From the NCBI GenBank assembly GCA_038203565.1, contig JBBRDV010000018.1:1-21627 (forward strand): 21,627 bases of DNA, read 5' to 3'. The notes under the pieces were generated by a model. The model had not been told where the DNA came from and searched no databases. It saw nothing but the letters and a program-made list of their open reading frames with translations. Below, piece by piece: positions 8,519 through 17,118 of the stretch (within the stretch, counting starts at the first letter, position 1; every line of letters starts with the position of its first letter). Both the position numbers and the translations under genes were made by a program. Source of the DNA: Atribacterota bacterium (GTDB taxonomy: Bacteria > Atribacterota > Phoenicimicrobiia > Phoenicimicrobiales > Phoenicimicrobiaceae).

Positions 8519-9339
8519 AATGTTTTTTCCTCTTTTATCAACTCCATCACCACTTCCTTCTGGCCTGCAGCTCCTATAATTATATCACTAATTCTCCGGT
8601 GACAGATTTTTAAAACTTCAAAAATTAATTCTTCAGCCATTTTTATGCCTTTGGAATCTTCTACTTTATTAATAAAAAGATGACGGCGGCAACCCGGAGG
8701 GGCTCCTTTAAACAAACCTTGGGGATGGCAAATTAAAAGGGATAAGGCCTCTATTCCAATCTTTTCTCCTAATTTTAATCCGGTTAGCTGGGAAAAAATC
8801 TCTGAACGAAAAACATTTTCTTCCTGCAAAGGAAGACCCAGGGCATCCATGCCAATCACTCCAACTAGATCTGTAGTTGAAGAAGGAATTACCGGCTCAT
8901 GAGAAGCGGGTGCCTTTACCGGCCTCCCAGCTGCCCCATCGGCTTCTACTAAAAAATAATCTGCTAATTTCTCTTTCCACCATTTATCTAAATAAAAAGG
9001 TGCGGGACCGGATATTTTTTCTTCTTCTTTTTCTTTTATACGATAATGAATAAGTACTATTCCTCTGTTTTTATCCTGATAAAAGCATTTTTTAATATTC
9101 TCTTCCATAACTTTTTCATCATCGGCTTCGATTAGGTTTCCCTTTTTTATAAAAGGGAATAACTGCCGACTAAACATTTTAGTAGTAGTAGTTAAAATTA
9201 TCCGTTTATTTTTAAAAACCAGCTCCTCAGCCAATCGATTAAAAAGAGTACTCTTCCCTCCTGCACCTACTAAAGATATGAAAGCTTTCTTCTTTAAATT
9301 TAAAGCCTCACAAATTTGCATCTGTTCTTTACTTAACAT
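8515..9339 (-). CDS. yqeC: Selenium-dependent hydroxylase accessory protein YqeC
   Basis: ISLVGAGGKST, LTTTTKM, LVEADGAAGRPVKAPASHEPVIP, GLFKG, INKVE. Alternative start ATG 9321 (MQICEAL). Confidence 0.92.
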   Translation of the reverse strand: MLSKEQMQICEALNLKKKAFISLVGAGGKSTLFNRLAEELVFKNKRIILTTTTKMFSRQLFPFIKKGNLIEADDEKVMEENIKKCFYQDKNRGIVLIHYRIKEKEEEKISGPAPFYLDKWWKEKLADYFLVEADGAAGRPVKAPASHEPVIPSSTTDLVGVIGMDALGLPLQEENVFRSEIFSQLTGLKLGEKIGIEALSLLICHPQGLFKGAPPGCRRHLFINKVEDSKGIKMAEELIFEVLKICHRRISDIIIGAAGQKEVVMELIKEEKTL

Positions 9340-9919
9340 ATTTTTTCACCAAATTCTTTAAAGGTAAAAAATTATAATATTTCATCATTCTTTTCAACTT
9401 TTCTTTTTTAATTATAGATAAATTCAATTCATCCAAGGATATCCTTATTAAGCCTTTTGAAATAAAATAAAGCTCATCTAAAAGAGCTTTTTCAGGAAGG
9501 GCAATTAAAAAATTATCTTTTTTTACATAACCGAAAAAATACTCCTTTTTCAGATGGGCAAATTCAAATTCCTTTTCATTATAGATAATCTTCTTGGTTT
9601 TTAGAGGAGTAACCGAAGTAATAGTATAGGGAAATTGAGCTAATATCCCATAGAAAGAAAGAGCACTCTCTAAAGAAAGGTAAGAAGGAGTAAGCAATAA
9701 GTTGGCTAATTCATAATCGTTAATTTCTTTTAAAGAAAATAAATATTTTCCTTTAACAATCCTTTTTAAAATATCAGCCCTTTCTAATCTCTGCAGGAAT
9801 TTATAAAGACTATTATCGTTCTGAAAGGAGAAGATTTTTTGGGCAGTGTTAACATCCAACAAGCTAATATTTTTTTGAATTAAAATTTGAATTGCCTTTT
9901 GTTTAGATATAGTTTCCAT
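9329..9919 (-). CDS. Type IV toxin-antitoxin AbiEi-like antitoxin / predicted transcriptional regulator; no cognate toxin present
   Basis: LKRIVKGKY, PSYLSLESALSFYGIL.Q..TITSVT, YFFGY, IALPEKALLD. Start either 9931 or 9919. Confidence 0.82.
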   Translation of the reverse strand: METISKQKAIQILIQKNISLLDVNTAQKIFSFQNDNSLYKFLQRLERADILKRIVKGKYLFSLKEINDYELANLLLTPSYLSLESALSFYGILAQFPYTITSVTPLKTKKIIYNEKEFEFAHLKKEYFFGYVKKDNFLIALPEKALLDELYFISKGLIRISLDELNLSIIKKEKLKRMMKYYNFLPLKNLVKKYVK

Positions 9920-9931
9920 AATTAGTATCAT

Positions 9932-9959
9932 TTTATACCAAATCTTTACTCTATGTCAA
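9932..9959 (-). promoter_or_regulatory. Sigma70-type promoter for abiEi (short leader, no Shine-Dalgarno)
   Basis: TTGACA (9959..9954) - 16 nt - TATAAA (9937..9932) with an extended TG. Confidence 0.6.
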
Positions 9960-10012
9960 GCTAACACAATACTTATCTGTCATCCCTGCTAAAGGTTACC
10001 TCTACGACAGCA

Positions 10013-10066
10013 CCTGTCTGCGTGCAACCTGTCTGCGTGCAACGCACAGGCAGGCGCATAGGCAGA
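10013..10066. repeat. 27-bp palindromic element nested inside a second copy of itself
   Basis: CCTGTCTGCGTGCAA[CCTGTCTGCGTGCAACGCACAGGCAGG]CGCATAGGCAGA; GC-rich in an AT-rich background. Confidence 0.85.
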
Positions 10067-10122
10067 GGAAAAGCAATCTCTCATCACAAATAGGTCAGGT
10101 GTCTCTCCTATCATTTTATGGA

Positions 10123-10146
10123 AAATAATAGACACATCCTATTTTT
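10123..10146 (-). repeat. REP-like repeat copy directly after the transposase remnant
   Basis: Minus strand AAAAATAGGATGTGTCTATTATTT, similar to the copies at 10342, 20583 and 21461. Confidence 0.6.
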
Positions 10147-10154
10147 TCTATGGT

Positions 10155-10268
10155 TTAATTTTCCCTTTTACAAGACCTACCTTTAGAACGTCTATCTATT
10201 ATAGTAATAACTAAAGTTTTAATCATCTGGTTAAGAAACTCCTCAGACTCCATAGGTTTTCCGTTAAG
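10155..10268 (-). pseudogene. C-terminal remnant of a Y1/HUH (RAYT-like) transposase
   Basis: Translates LNGKPMESEEFLNQMIKTLVITIIDRRSKGRSCKREN*, resembling the G(R/K)PLGSEEF...RGRP.K tail of such transposases. Confidence 0.62.
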
Positions 10269-10341
10269 CTAAAAGTCACCGAATTATTGAACTGGTACAT
10301 CTTCTCTATTATCTAGATTAAATACAAAACATTAATTGACT

Positions 10342-10368
10342 AATAAATGGGATGTTCCTCTATTTATT
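10342..10368 (+). repeat. REP-like imperfect palindrome copy
   Basis: AATAAATGGGATGTTCCTCTATTTATT. Confidence 0.65.
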
Positions 10369-10423
10369 CAAGAGGAACTAATGGTAAAATATCGCCAGAA
10401 GATCCTCAGTGAAATCGCATAAA

Positions 10424-10668
10424 TTATAGAAATTCAAGTAATTTATTAAATCTCTCAAATATATCTTGCCTTAAATCATCTATATATTCATCGGGTCCAT
10501 TTTCTTTCTCAACCATTAGGCAGCCTTGACCTGTTTTTCTTTTAAAATATTTCTTGATATTTTTAGAAATGTCTATAAAATTACCTTTTTTCTTATATTC
10601 AACATAGACATAAATTTCCAGGCTAAATCCATGATTGCCTGGTCTATTTTATGCTCAATATTGTCCAT
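10424..10668 (-). pseudogene. Frameshifted or deleted small hypothetical gene
   Basis: GGAGGT then ATG 10668 (MDNIEHK...). A different frame, 10648..10424, stays open for 74 protein-like codons (NRPGNHGFSLEIYVYVEY...FERFNKLLEFL*). Confidence 0.5.
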
Positions 10669-10754
10669 TTTCTTTACCTCCATAATTTTTTAGAATACCC
10701 TAAAATGAGACAACTCCTCTCCAAGAGTATTCTAATTGTATCATGGTGGTGTGA

Positions 10755-12305
10755 CTACAATAACTCCATTGCTTTATTCATTTTACTATAAATACCTGCC
10801 TTTTCTAAAGACCAATATAATGAATCATGTATCTTACCTAATTCCTTGTATGCTTTATAATTTTCTATATTTGGTTCTTTTCTGCTTAAATTATTTACAC
10901 TAACCATATTATCTACAGCTAAATTTATATTATTATAAAGACCTGTAGTAGTTGCAGCTATCACAGCTGCTCCTAGAATAGAAGCATCCTCATAATCCGT
11001 TTTAATGACAGTTTTTCCGTAAATATCAGCTTGAATTTGATTGAATATTTCAGAACGAGTTAATCCTCCACTAATTCTAACTTCTTTAATTTCCTCAGTA
11101 TAACTTTCCATAATACTAATATTTTTCTGTATTTCAAATGCGATTCCTTCTAATATTGCCCTAAAGATTGAAGAACGTTTATGGCCTAATGACAATCCAA
11201 AAAGTATCCCACGTGCTTCTGGATTCCAATATGGGGCTGCCGAAGCAGCAAAATGCGGAACCAACAGTAAACCGTTTGCTCCCAGGGGTTCTTTTTCCGC
11301 TTCGGAATCCATTATTTGATAGGCATTAATTCTCGATTTTATTTGATTTTTTACTGAAACTTGTCCAATATTATCTCTAAACCAGCGATAAATTGAACCG
11401 GTGGTGAAAATAGCGGCTTCCAGTACCCATTTACCAGCAATTGAAGAAGCACTACAAATTAAGCGCTGATTAAGATCTTTTACCGGCTTATCTCTATGGA
11501 CTAAAACGAAAGAACCTGTACCCGTATTGACTTCCACTATACCGGCTTTTACTACACCTAGTCCTATGGCAGCACATTGTTGGTCTCCCCCTGCGGCAAT
11601 AACCGGAATCCCTTTTGGCAAACCAAGTTCATCCGAAGCGGCCCTATTGACGGTACTGATGATTGAGCCAGGTGGAACAGCTTCTGGTAACTTGTTAAAA
11701 TCTATCCCAACGCTTTTTATCAGGTCTTTATCCCACCTTAATTCGTCAATATTAAAAAGCATGGTTCTAGAAGCTTGTGTCCAATCAGTTTTAAATTCGC
11801 CCGTTAAGAAATGAATAATAAAGTCCTGTACCGGAAGAAAAAGGAAGGAATGGTTATAGGTTTCAGTTTTATTCTTTTTTAACCACAATAATTTTGGTAA
11901 GGTAAAATAGGGGTCAACCCTTAACCCTGTAATATTGTATATTTTCTCTGTACCGTATTCATTAATTAAATGCTTTGTTTCTTCGGTTGCCCTTTTATCT
12001 TGCCACAATATGGCATTATCTAAAGGATTACCTTTTTTATCAACGGGAATAACGGTAGCTCTTTGAGATGTGACTGCAACAGCAGAGATGCAATTTTTAT
12101 CATGTTCTATTTTTTTTACAGCTTCTTTAACTGTTTTTTTTACCGCTTGCAACCATGTTTTAGGGTCATGGTCAATCCACCTACATGGCAAATAGATGCT
12201 TTTATACTCTTGATAAGATCTACTAATTTGCTGGCCTTTTTCATCAAAAATAACCGCATGACATCCCGTTGTTCCCAAATCGATACATAAAATCAGAATA
12301 CGCAT
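10755..12305 (-). CDS. FGGY family carbohydrate kinase (xylulokinase-like; substrate unknown)
   Basis: CIDLGTTG, AILWQDKRA, PKLLWLK, ASRTMLFNI, AGGDQQCAAIG, NTGTGSF, RAILEGIA, SGG, GAAVIAA. Confidence 0.93.
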   Translation of the reverse strand: MRILILCIDLGTTGCHAVIFDEKGQQISRSYQEYKSIYLPCRWIDHDPKTWLQAVKKTVKEAVKKIEHDKNCISAVAVTSQRATVIPVDKKGNPLDNAILWQDKRATEETKHLINEYGTEKIYNITGLRVDPYFTLPKLLWLKKNKTETYNHSFLFLPVQDFIIHFLTGEFKTDWTQASRTMLFNIDELRWDKDLIKSVGIDFNKLPEAVPPGSIISTVNRAASDELGLPKGIPVIAAGGDQQCAAIGLGVVKAGIVEVNTGTGSFVLVHRDKPVKDLNQRLICSASSIAGKWVLEAAIFTTGSIYRWFRDNIGQVSVKNQIKSRINAYQIMDSEAEKEPLGANGLLLVPHFAASAAPYWNPEARGILFGLSLGHKRSSIFRAILEGIAFEIQKNISIMESYTEEIKEVRISGGLTRSEIFNQIQADIYGKTVIKTDYEDASILGAAVIAATTTGLYNNINLAVDNMVSVNNLSRKEPNIENYKAYKELGKIHDSLYWSLEKAGIYSKMNKAMELL

Positions 12306-12337
12306 GTTGACTCCTATATCAACAACTAAAAAATCGA

Positions 12338-12490
12338 TTACTCCAAATTATCATCTTTATCGAATTTTAAAGATTCAAATCTACCGTAAAATTCAATATC
12401 TTTACGTCCCAATAATTCATCATATAACCCTTTAGATACAAGCATTTTAACATGATGCAAGGTGCTTTTGATGACGCATAATTTTACATT
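12338..12490 (-). pseudogene. C-terminal 50-aa remnant of a second LarA-superfamily gene
   Basis: NVKLCVIKSTLHHVKMLVSKGLYDELLGRKDIEFYGRFESLKFDKDDNLE* aligns without gaps to the tail of 14772..16043 (KVRLLIMKNTLDLEYLYVSESIWDDIKNNKNIKSCGGWEQLSFTNDGEMK). Confidence 0.78.
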
Positions 12491-12517
12491 AATGAATTAA
12501 AATCAATTTAATTAAAA

Positions 12518-13375
12518 TTATTTTTTAAGGACCGAACCTATTTTACCGCGGGAAAATAATCTCATTTTTTCTTTGATCACTGTAAGCATCGGTTCTTTTA
12601 TGCTATTGGAAAGAGCAGAAAAATGACCAGAGTAATCGTTTTTAAATATTTCTTTTAACTGCCTAACTGCTGCATTTGATATTTCAGTATTTATATTTAT
12701 CTTTGATATTCCTTCATCGATCGCTAATACAAAATCTTCTTCTGTATTTCCAGAACCTCCATGTAAGACAAGAGGAACTGAAATTACTTTTGCAATTTCT
12801 TTTAAGCGATCATGATATATTTTTGGTTTACCAATATAGTTACCGTGTATCGTTCCGACTGCAATAGCCAAGGCATCACAATTTGTCTTCTCTACAAATT
12901 CTTTTGCTTCTTCCGGCTTAGTTAATTGATCCTCTGGAACAAATTCTCCAATATCTTCAGCGGGAACATAGCCCAATTCTGCTTCTACGGTAACATCAGC
13001 TGCATGGGCTATTTTTACTATTTTGGAGGTTATTCTTATATTATCACTATTTGCCATGCTGGAACCATCATACATAACTGAAGTAAAACCTGATTGAATT
13101 GCACGAATAATTAAATCTTCTGATTTACAATGGTCTAAGTGAAGCACAATGGGTAAGGGTGTTTTATTCGCTAGCTCCTGGACGCATTTTGCAATTAAAT
13201 AAATCGAATTAATATGGCTATATTTTTCACCAAAAGCGATAATAACTGGAATATTTAAAGATACAGCTGCATCAAAAACAACTTCAATAGTCTCCATATT
13301 ATGAACATTAAATGATCCGATAGCATAGCCTGATTTTCTTGCTTGAGTTAAAACACCATTTAAATTAACTAACAT
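12518..13375 (-). CDS. Class II ketose-bisphosphate aldolase (Fba/GatY family)
   Basis: YAIGSFNV, LHLDH, GFTSVMYDGS, VEAELG, AVGTIHG, LVLHGGSG, KININTE. Confidence 0.93.
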   Translation of the reverse strand: MLVNLNGVLTQARKSGYAIGSFNVHNMETIEVVFDAAVSLNIPVIIAFGEKYSHINSIYLIAKCVQELANKTPLPIVLHLDHCKSEDLIIRAIQSGFTSVMYDGSSMANSDNIRITSKIVKIAHAADVTVEAELGYVPAEDIGEFVPEDQLTKPEEAKEFVEKTNCDALAIAVGTIHGNYIGKPKIYHDRLKEIAKVISVPLVLHGGSGNTEEDFVLAIDEGISKININTEISNAAVRQLKEIFKNDYSGHFSALSNSIKEPMLTVIKEKMRLFSRGKIGSVLKK

Positions 13376-13379
13376 CTAA

Positions 13380-14462
13380 TCAACTCCTTACTTCTTTGAG
13401 CCATTTCTGGACTTCGGTTCGCTTTAACACTTCAAGGTTAACAATAAATTTTGGTTCCTTGTTTTCTAATAATTTGTTGATATCTTCAACCAAAAGATAA
13501 GGTGATTTCGTTAAAGCTTCTTTGGTTGTCCCGGCAATATGAGTTGTTAAAGTAACATTATCAAGTTCTAACCAACGACTCTTTTCGCCAATCGGTTCCT
13601 GCCAAAACACATCCAGGGCAGCTCCTGCTATTTTTTTCTCCTTTAGAGTATGGTATAAAGCATCCTCATTAATTAAACCTGCTCGTGCTGTATTGATGAG
13701 ATATGCATTTTTTTTCATTAAAGAAAGCTCTTTTTCTCCAATAACATTTTTACTATCCTTGTCCAGTCTAGCATGTAATGAAACAAAATCAGCGTTTTTT
13801 AATAAATCCTCAATGGGTACCTTTTTAGCATGATATTTCTGGATAACTTCATCTGAAACATAAGGATCGAAAACCAAAATATTCACTTGAAAACCACTTA
13901 ATTTTTGAGCTACTAATTGACCAATATCACCAAAACCTACCAACCCAATTGTTTTTCCCTGTAATTCAGGTATCATATCGGAATTAACAAAATTTTTTCG
14001 CCAAACACCATTTTTGACTGCATAATAGCTACGAGCAATATTGCGAACTTCTCCCAGGATCAGGCCAATAGTAAAATCAGAAACAGCTTGTGCATTACGA
14101 CCCTTAATATTTTGAACAATAATTCCCTTTTCAGTAGCATACTTTACATCAATATTTTCTAATCCTGCTCTTGAAGCACCAATAAGTTTAAGATTAGGTA
14201 ATGCATCGATAGCCTCTCTTGATACAGGGCAAAATAAGACTAACAACATTTCAGTGTCCTTGTTAGCATTTAATATTTGAGGTACAACTGATTCGGCAGA
14301 CGGTCCCTGTTTTTCAATAATTAATCGGCGATCCTGTAGTTTACCCCAATCTGTTTCCCAATTTTTAATATCTATATTTAAATTATTCAATCTTAGCGTT
14401 TTGGCTGCCGCTCCAATATTATCACCTGGTATCATTACATCTCCAATACATAAAACTTCCAT
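13380..14462 (-). CDS. D-isomer-specific 2-hydroxyacid dehydrogenase
   Basis: RAGLENID, GRNAQAVSDFT, GLVGFGDIG, LINTARAGL, AALDVFWQEP, TTHIAG. ATG 14462 is better spaced from AGGGGGT than TTG 14468. Confidence 0.92.
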   Translation of the reverse strand: MEVLCIGDVMIPGDNIGAAAKTLRLNNLNIDIKNWETDWGKLQDRRLIIEKQGPSAESVVPQILNANKDTEMLLVLFCPVSREAIDALPNLKLIGASRAGLENIDVKYATEKGIIVQNIKGRNAQAVSDFTIGLILGEVRNIARSYYAVKNGVWRKNFVNSDMIPELQGKTIGLVGFGDIGQLVAQKLSGFQVNILVFDPYVSDEVIQKYHAKKVPIEDLLKNADFVSLHARLDKDSKNVIGEKELSLMKKNAYLINTARAGLINEDALYHTLKEKKIAGAALDVFWQEPIGEKSRWLELDNVTLTTHIAGTTKEALTKSPYLLVEDINKLLENKEPKFIVNLEVLKRTEVQKWLKEVRS

Positions 14463-14598
14463 AAACAAATACCCCCCTGGTTAATTTAAATGAATTATTT
14501 TTTTGTTTTTTAATCGACTCGATAGTACTTATAAACCCATCGTATATATGGGCAAATTAATGACTCATTGTTTCGATATCATATTTTCAGTACTAACC

Positions 14599-14649
14599 CA
14601 AACACTGAACTGTCCCCTCTCCCCCATCTGCCATCGGGAATTTTATGTA
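14599..14649 (-). pseudogene. 17-codon remnant of glycerate kinase (GlxK/GarK family)
   Basis: YIKFPMADGGEGTVQCL carries the diagnostic PMADGGEGT motif; there is no gene start upstream and a stop follows two codons later. Confidence 0.8.
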
Positions 14650-14667
14650 TCTATTAATTTGTTTACT

Positions 14668-14695
14668 ATTATAACATATACGTCATTATATGAAA
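14668..14695 (-). promoter_or_regulatory. Extended -10 promoter and IclR-type operator candidate
   Basis: TGtTATAAT at 14676..14668; imperfect palindrome CGTCAT-tat-ATGAAA at 14681-14695 with the same 6-3-6 layout as the 887 site. Confidence 0.4.
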
Positions 14696-14771
14696 CATTT
14701 CCTTTGTATAATATACCCTATAAAAAAGGTTGACAGCACTTTGGTAGCTTTTCTGTTGCTCTTGTTTTTTC

Positions 14772-16043
14772 TCAAAACCTAATTTTCATTTCTCCATCAT
14801 TCGTAAAAGATAGTTGTTCCCAACCTCCACACGATTTGATATTTTTATTATTCTTGATATCATCCCAAATACTTTCTGAAACATAGAGGTACTCAAGATC
14901 TAGTGTATTTTTCATTATCAGCAGTCTTACCTTGTTTCGATTCGGTTGCCAACAGGTTTTCAGTGCTATTTCCACAGCTTCTCTTTCTGTCTCAGCAGTA
15001 ATCGGTATCTTGGCACGATTAAGAAAAGTACTGGTGATCGTATTTGCATAGGTAGTAATAAAATTAATTTTGTTGACCAGCTTTCTAGTTGTGACATCCG
15101 AGAGGCCAACACCCAATGCATTACCATGGGATTGTTCAGTAATATCAAATACAACCAATTTATTTATTTTCGGCTTCCCCACTTCTTTTTCACCATTAAT
15201 ATCTAACCTTCCAATAATATTGGTATCCAGTCCGGTACCGCTAATATTTTTGCCCATTTCTTGTACCAGGCATACATCAATATTTTCGCATGGCAAAGAA
15301 GGGAAAACTTCTTTACATTTTTTCAGTAATTGATTGTCAGTCGTGATAATATGCTCCGGTGGACTAAATTTAATTTCCATTGTTTCATCAAAACCATTCT
15401 CTACAATACCGATGCCTTGAACAATTGGTGCTTTCTCAATAATTAACTTTGCTGCTTGTGGGATAATGTTTTTTAATCCATAGACACCCAGAGAATGAAT
15501 TGATTCGGCACCATCCCTTTTTCCCAACCCTATAACAAGTATTTTGGACATACCGCTTTCCATTGCATCACTTTTAAAATCCGTATGAAGTTTTACCCTG
15601 TTTAAAGCAATGATCCCATCTAATGCCATCGCTTCCTTGCTGAAATAGACAGGGATTTGGTTTTTTATCGTTCCTATCTGGGTAGTTTCCATAGAAGAAA
15701 GAATTGGAACGCCCATTTCTTTCTCTGTGATGTCATAAGAACCCAATATCTCTTTCTGTCCCTGACTGGTAGCGCCTCCATGACTCCCCATTGCCGCCAG
15801 AATAAGTGGTCTAGCTTTAAGTGCCATTAATTCATTGATGATCTGCTGAGCAATTGATTTAATATTCGTGATTCCCCTACTACCGACTGTTATGCCGATT
15901 TTATCTCCAGGTTTAATGCGATTTGGCAAATCAGAGCTTTTAAATGCCTGGTGAATATACGCAGGAATATCTGGAATACTGTCCTGACAAAAAATCTGTT
16001 TTACCTTTCTAATTTTAATAGTTTCCAAAGAAAATTTATTCAT
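14772..16043 (-). CDS. LarA (lactate racemase) superfamily protein, DUF2088/DUF362-like; putative 2-hydroxyacid or sugar-acid epimerase
   Basis: IGITVGSRGI, AMGSHGGATSQGQ, NRVKLHTDF, ESGMSKILVIGLGK, GKNISGTGLDTNIIGR, SHGNALGVG. Confidence 0.78.
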   Translation of the reverse strand: MNKFSLETIKIRKVKQIFCQDSIPDIPAYIHQAFKSSDLPNRIKPGDKIGITVGSRGITNIKSIAQQIINELMALKARPLILAAMGSHGGATSQGQKEILGSYDITEKEMGVPILSSMETTQIGTIKNQIPVYFSKEAMALDGIIALNRVKLHTDFKSDAMESGMSKILVIGLGKRDGAESIHSLGVYGLKNIIPQAAKLIIEKAPIVQGIGIVENGFDETMEIKFSPPEHIITTDNQLLKKCKEVFPSLPCENIDVCLVQEMGKNISGTGLDTNIIGRLDINGEKEVGKPKINKLVVFDITEQSHGNALGVGLSDVTTRKLVNKINFITTYANTITSTFLNRAKIPITAETEREAVEIALKTCWQPNRNKVRLLIMKNTLDLEYLYVSESIWDDIKNNKNIKSCGGWEQLSFTNDGEMKIRF

Positions 16044-16161
16044 TTTGTATTATCCCTTTTCTTTATTTTTACAATTATTTCGAAGGTTAGATTCTATTGG
16101 TCCCATTTTTTGTAGAAGGTTCCAGCATGGAGAAATGTCACTGTCTTTTTCATTTAAATTT

Positions 16162-16689
16162 TTAGCGAATAAACTGAATAGCCATTTCAATTGCCTGGAC
16201 CATGCTTTCTTCGTTCGCTCTGCCTTCTCCAGCTTTACCAAAAGCAACTCCGTGATCAACCGAAGTACGAATAATAGGCAAGCCGACCGTTACATTGACT
16301 CCACTCATCGTTGACCATTTATTAGTGTCTTTATTGTATTTAAATCCAGTGATTTTCATAGGGATGTGTCCTTGATCATGGTACATGGCTACCGCGATAT
16401 CATATTGCCCTCCAATCACTTTAGAGAAAATCGTATCCGGGGGAATAGGGCCTTCTACATTTATACCGACCTTCCGCGCTTGCTTGATAGCCGGAATAAT
16501 TTCTTCAATTTCTTCTCTACCAAAGAGACCTCCCTCTCCAGCATGAGGATTTAATCCAGATACGGCAATCTTTGGATCTTTAACACCCAGGTTCTTCAAA
16601 GCCTTATCAGCCAAATGGATCACGGTTAATACACGTTCTTTTTTTACCAAATCACATGCTTTTCGTAAAGAAACATGTGTAGAAACATG
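16162..16689 (-). pseudogene. pdxA: C-terminal half of a PdxA/PdxA2 4-phospho-acid-sugar dehydrogenase
   Basis: HVSTHVSL, GLNPHAGEGGLFGREE, GPIPPDT, AMYHDQGHIP, GLPIIRTSVDHG. The N-terminal half (GDPAGIG and GHTE motifs) is absent. Confidence 0.88.
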
Positions 16690-17118
16690 TAAAGTATCTT
16701 CTTTACCGAATCCGCCCGCCTTGGTGACAATATTTAATTTATAATTTTTATAATTAGCGATAGCTAAAGGAATTCCCGGTAAAAGTTCATCTAAAATATT
16801 CATACTATATATTTTCAATTCTTCGCATACTCCTAATGCCACATCTCCCCCAGTTAGAATTAAATTTCTTGCTTTTGTATTTTTTATTATTTCAGAAGTA
16901 AGTTTACCAAATATCTTTTTAATTTCAATCTCCAGTTCTCGAAAACCAAGGTGATACTTTACCATCAATTTTTTATTAATAGATTGTCTCTCATAGTAAA
17001 TGGCATCGGTGTATATCAGTAAATCCTGACCAGTATTGATTAATTCAATCGATTTAGCAGTATAATTCTCTAAAATCCTGCCTCGATCAGAAAAAATCTG
17101 CTCTAATTCAATTTTAAT
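16690..17118 (-). pseudogene. C-terminal nucleotide-binding part of a DUF1537 four-carbon acid sugar kinase (DtnK/DenK-like), fused in frame to the PdxA half
   Basis: LILTGGDVA, ELLPGIP, IVTKAGGFG. The frame stays open upstream of the track start to 17118 (IKIELEQIFSDR...), with a TAG at 17121..17119; the N-terminal domain is missing. Confidence 0.85.

Noticed and set aside
10013..10066. Nested repeat as a mini CRISPR array
   Set aside because: There are no spacers, no regular periodicity and no cas genes.
12306..12337. In-frame FLVVDIG just upstream of the FGGY kinase start, resembling a second kinase N-terminus
   Set aside because: It is only seven residues and overlaps the AGGAG RBS, so chance is sufficient.
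16044..16161. 19-codon ORF MKKTVTFLHAGTFYKKWDQ between pdxA and the LarA-like gene
   Set aside because: No RBS or recognisable motif; it might be another remnant but cannot be supported.
16669..16690. Direct repeat AGAAACATGT-gt-AGAAACATGT at the fusion junction
   Set aside because: It encodes the natural HVSTHVS motif of PdxA and is not evidence of a target-site duplication.
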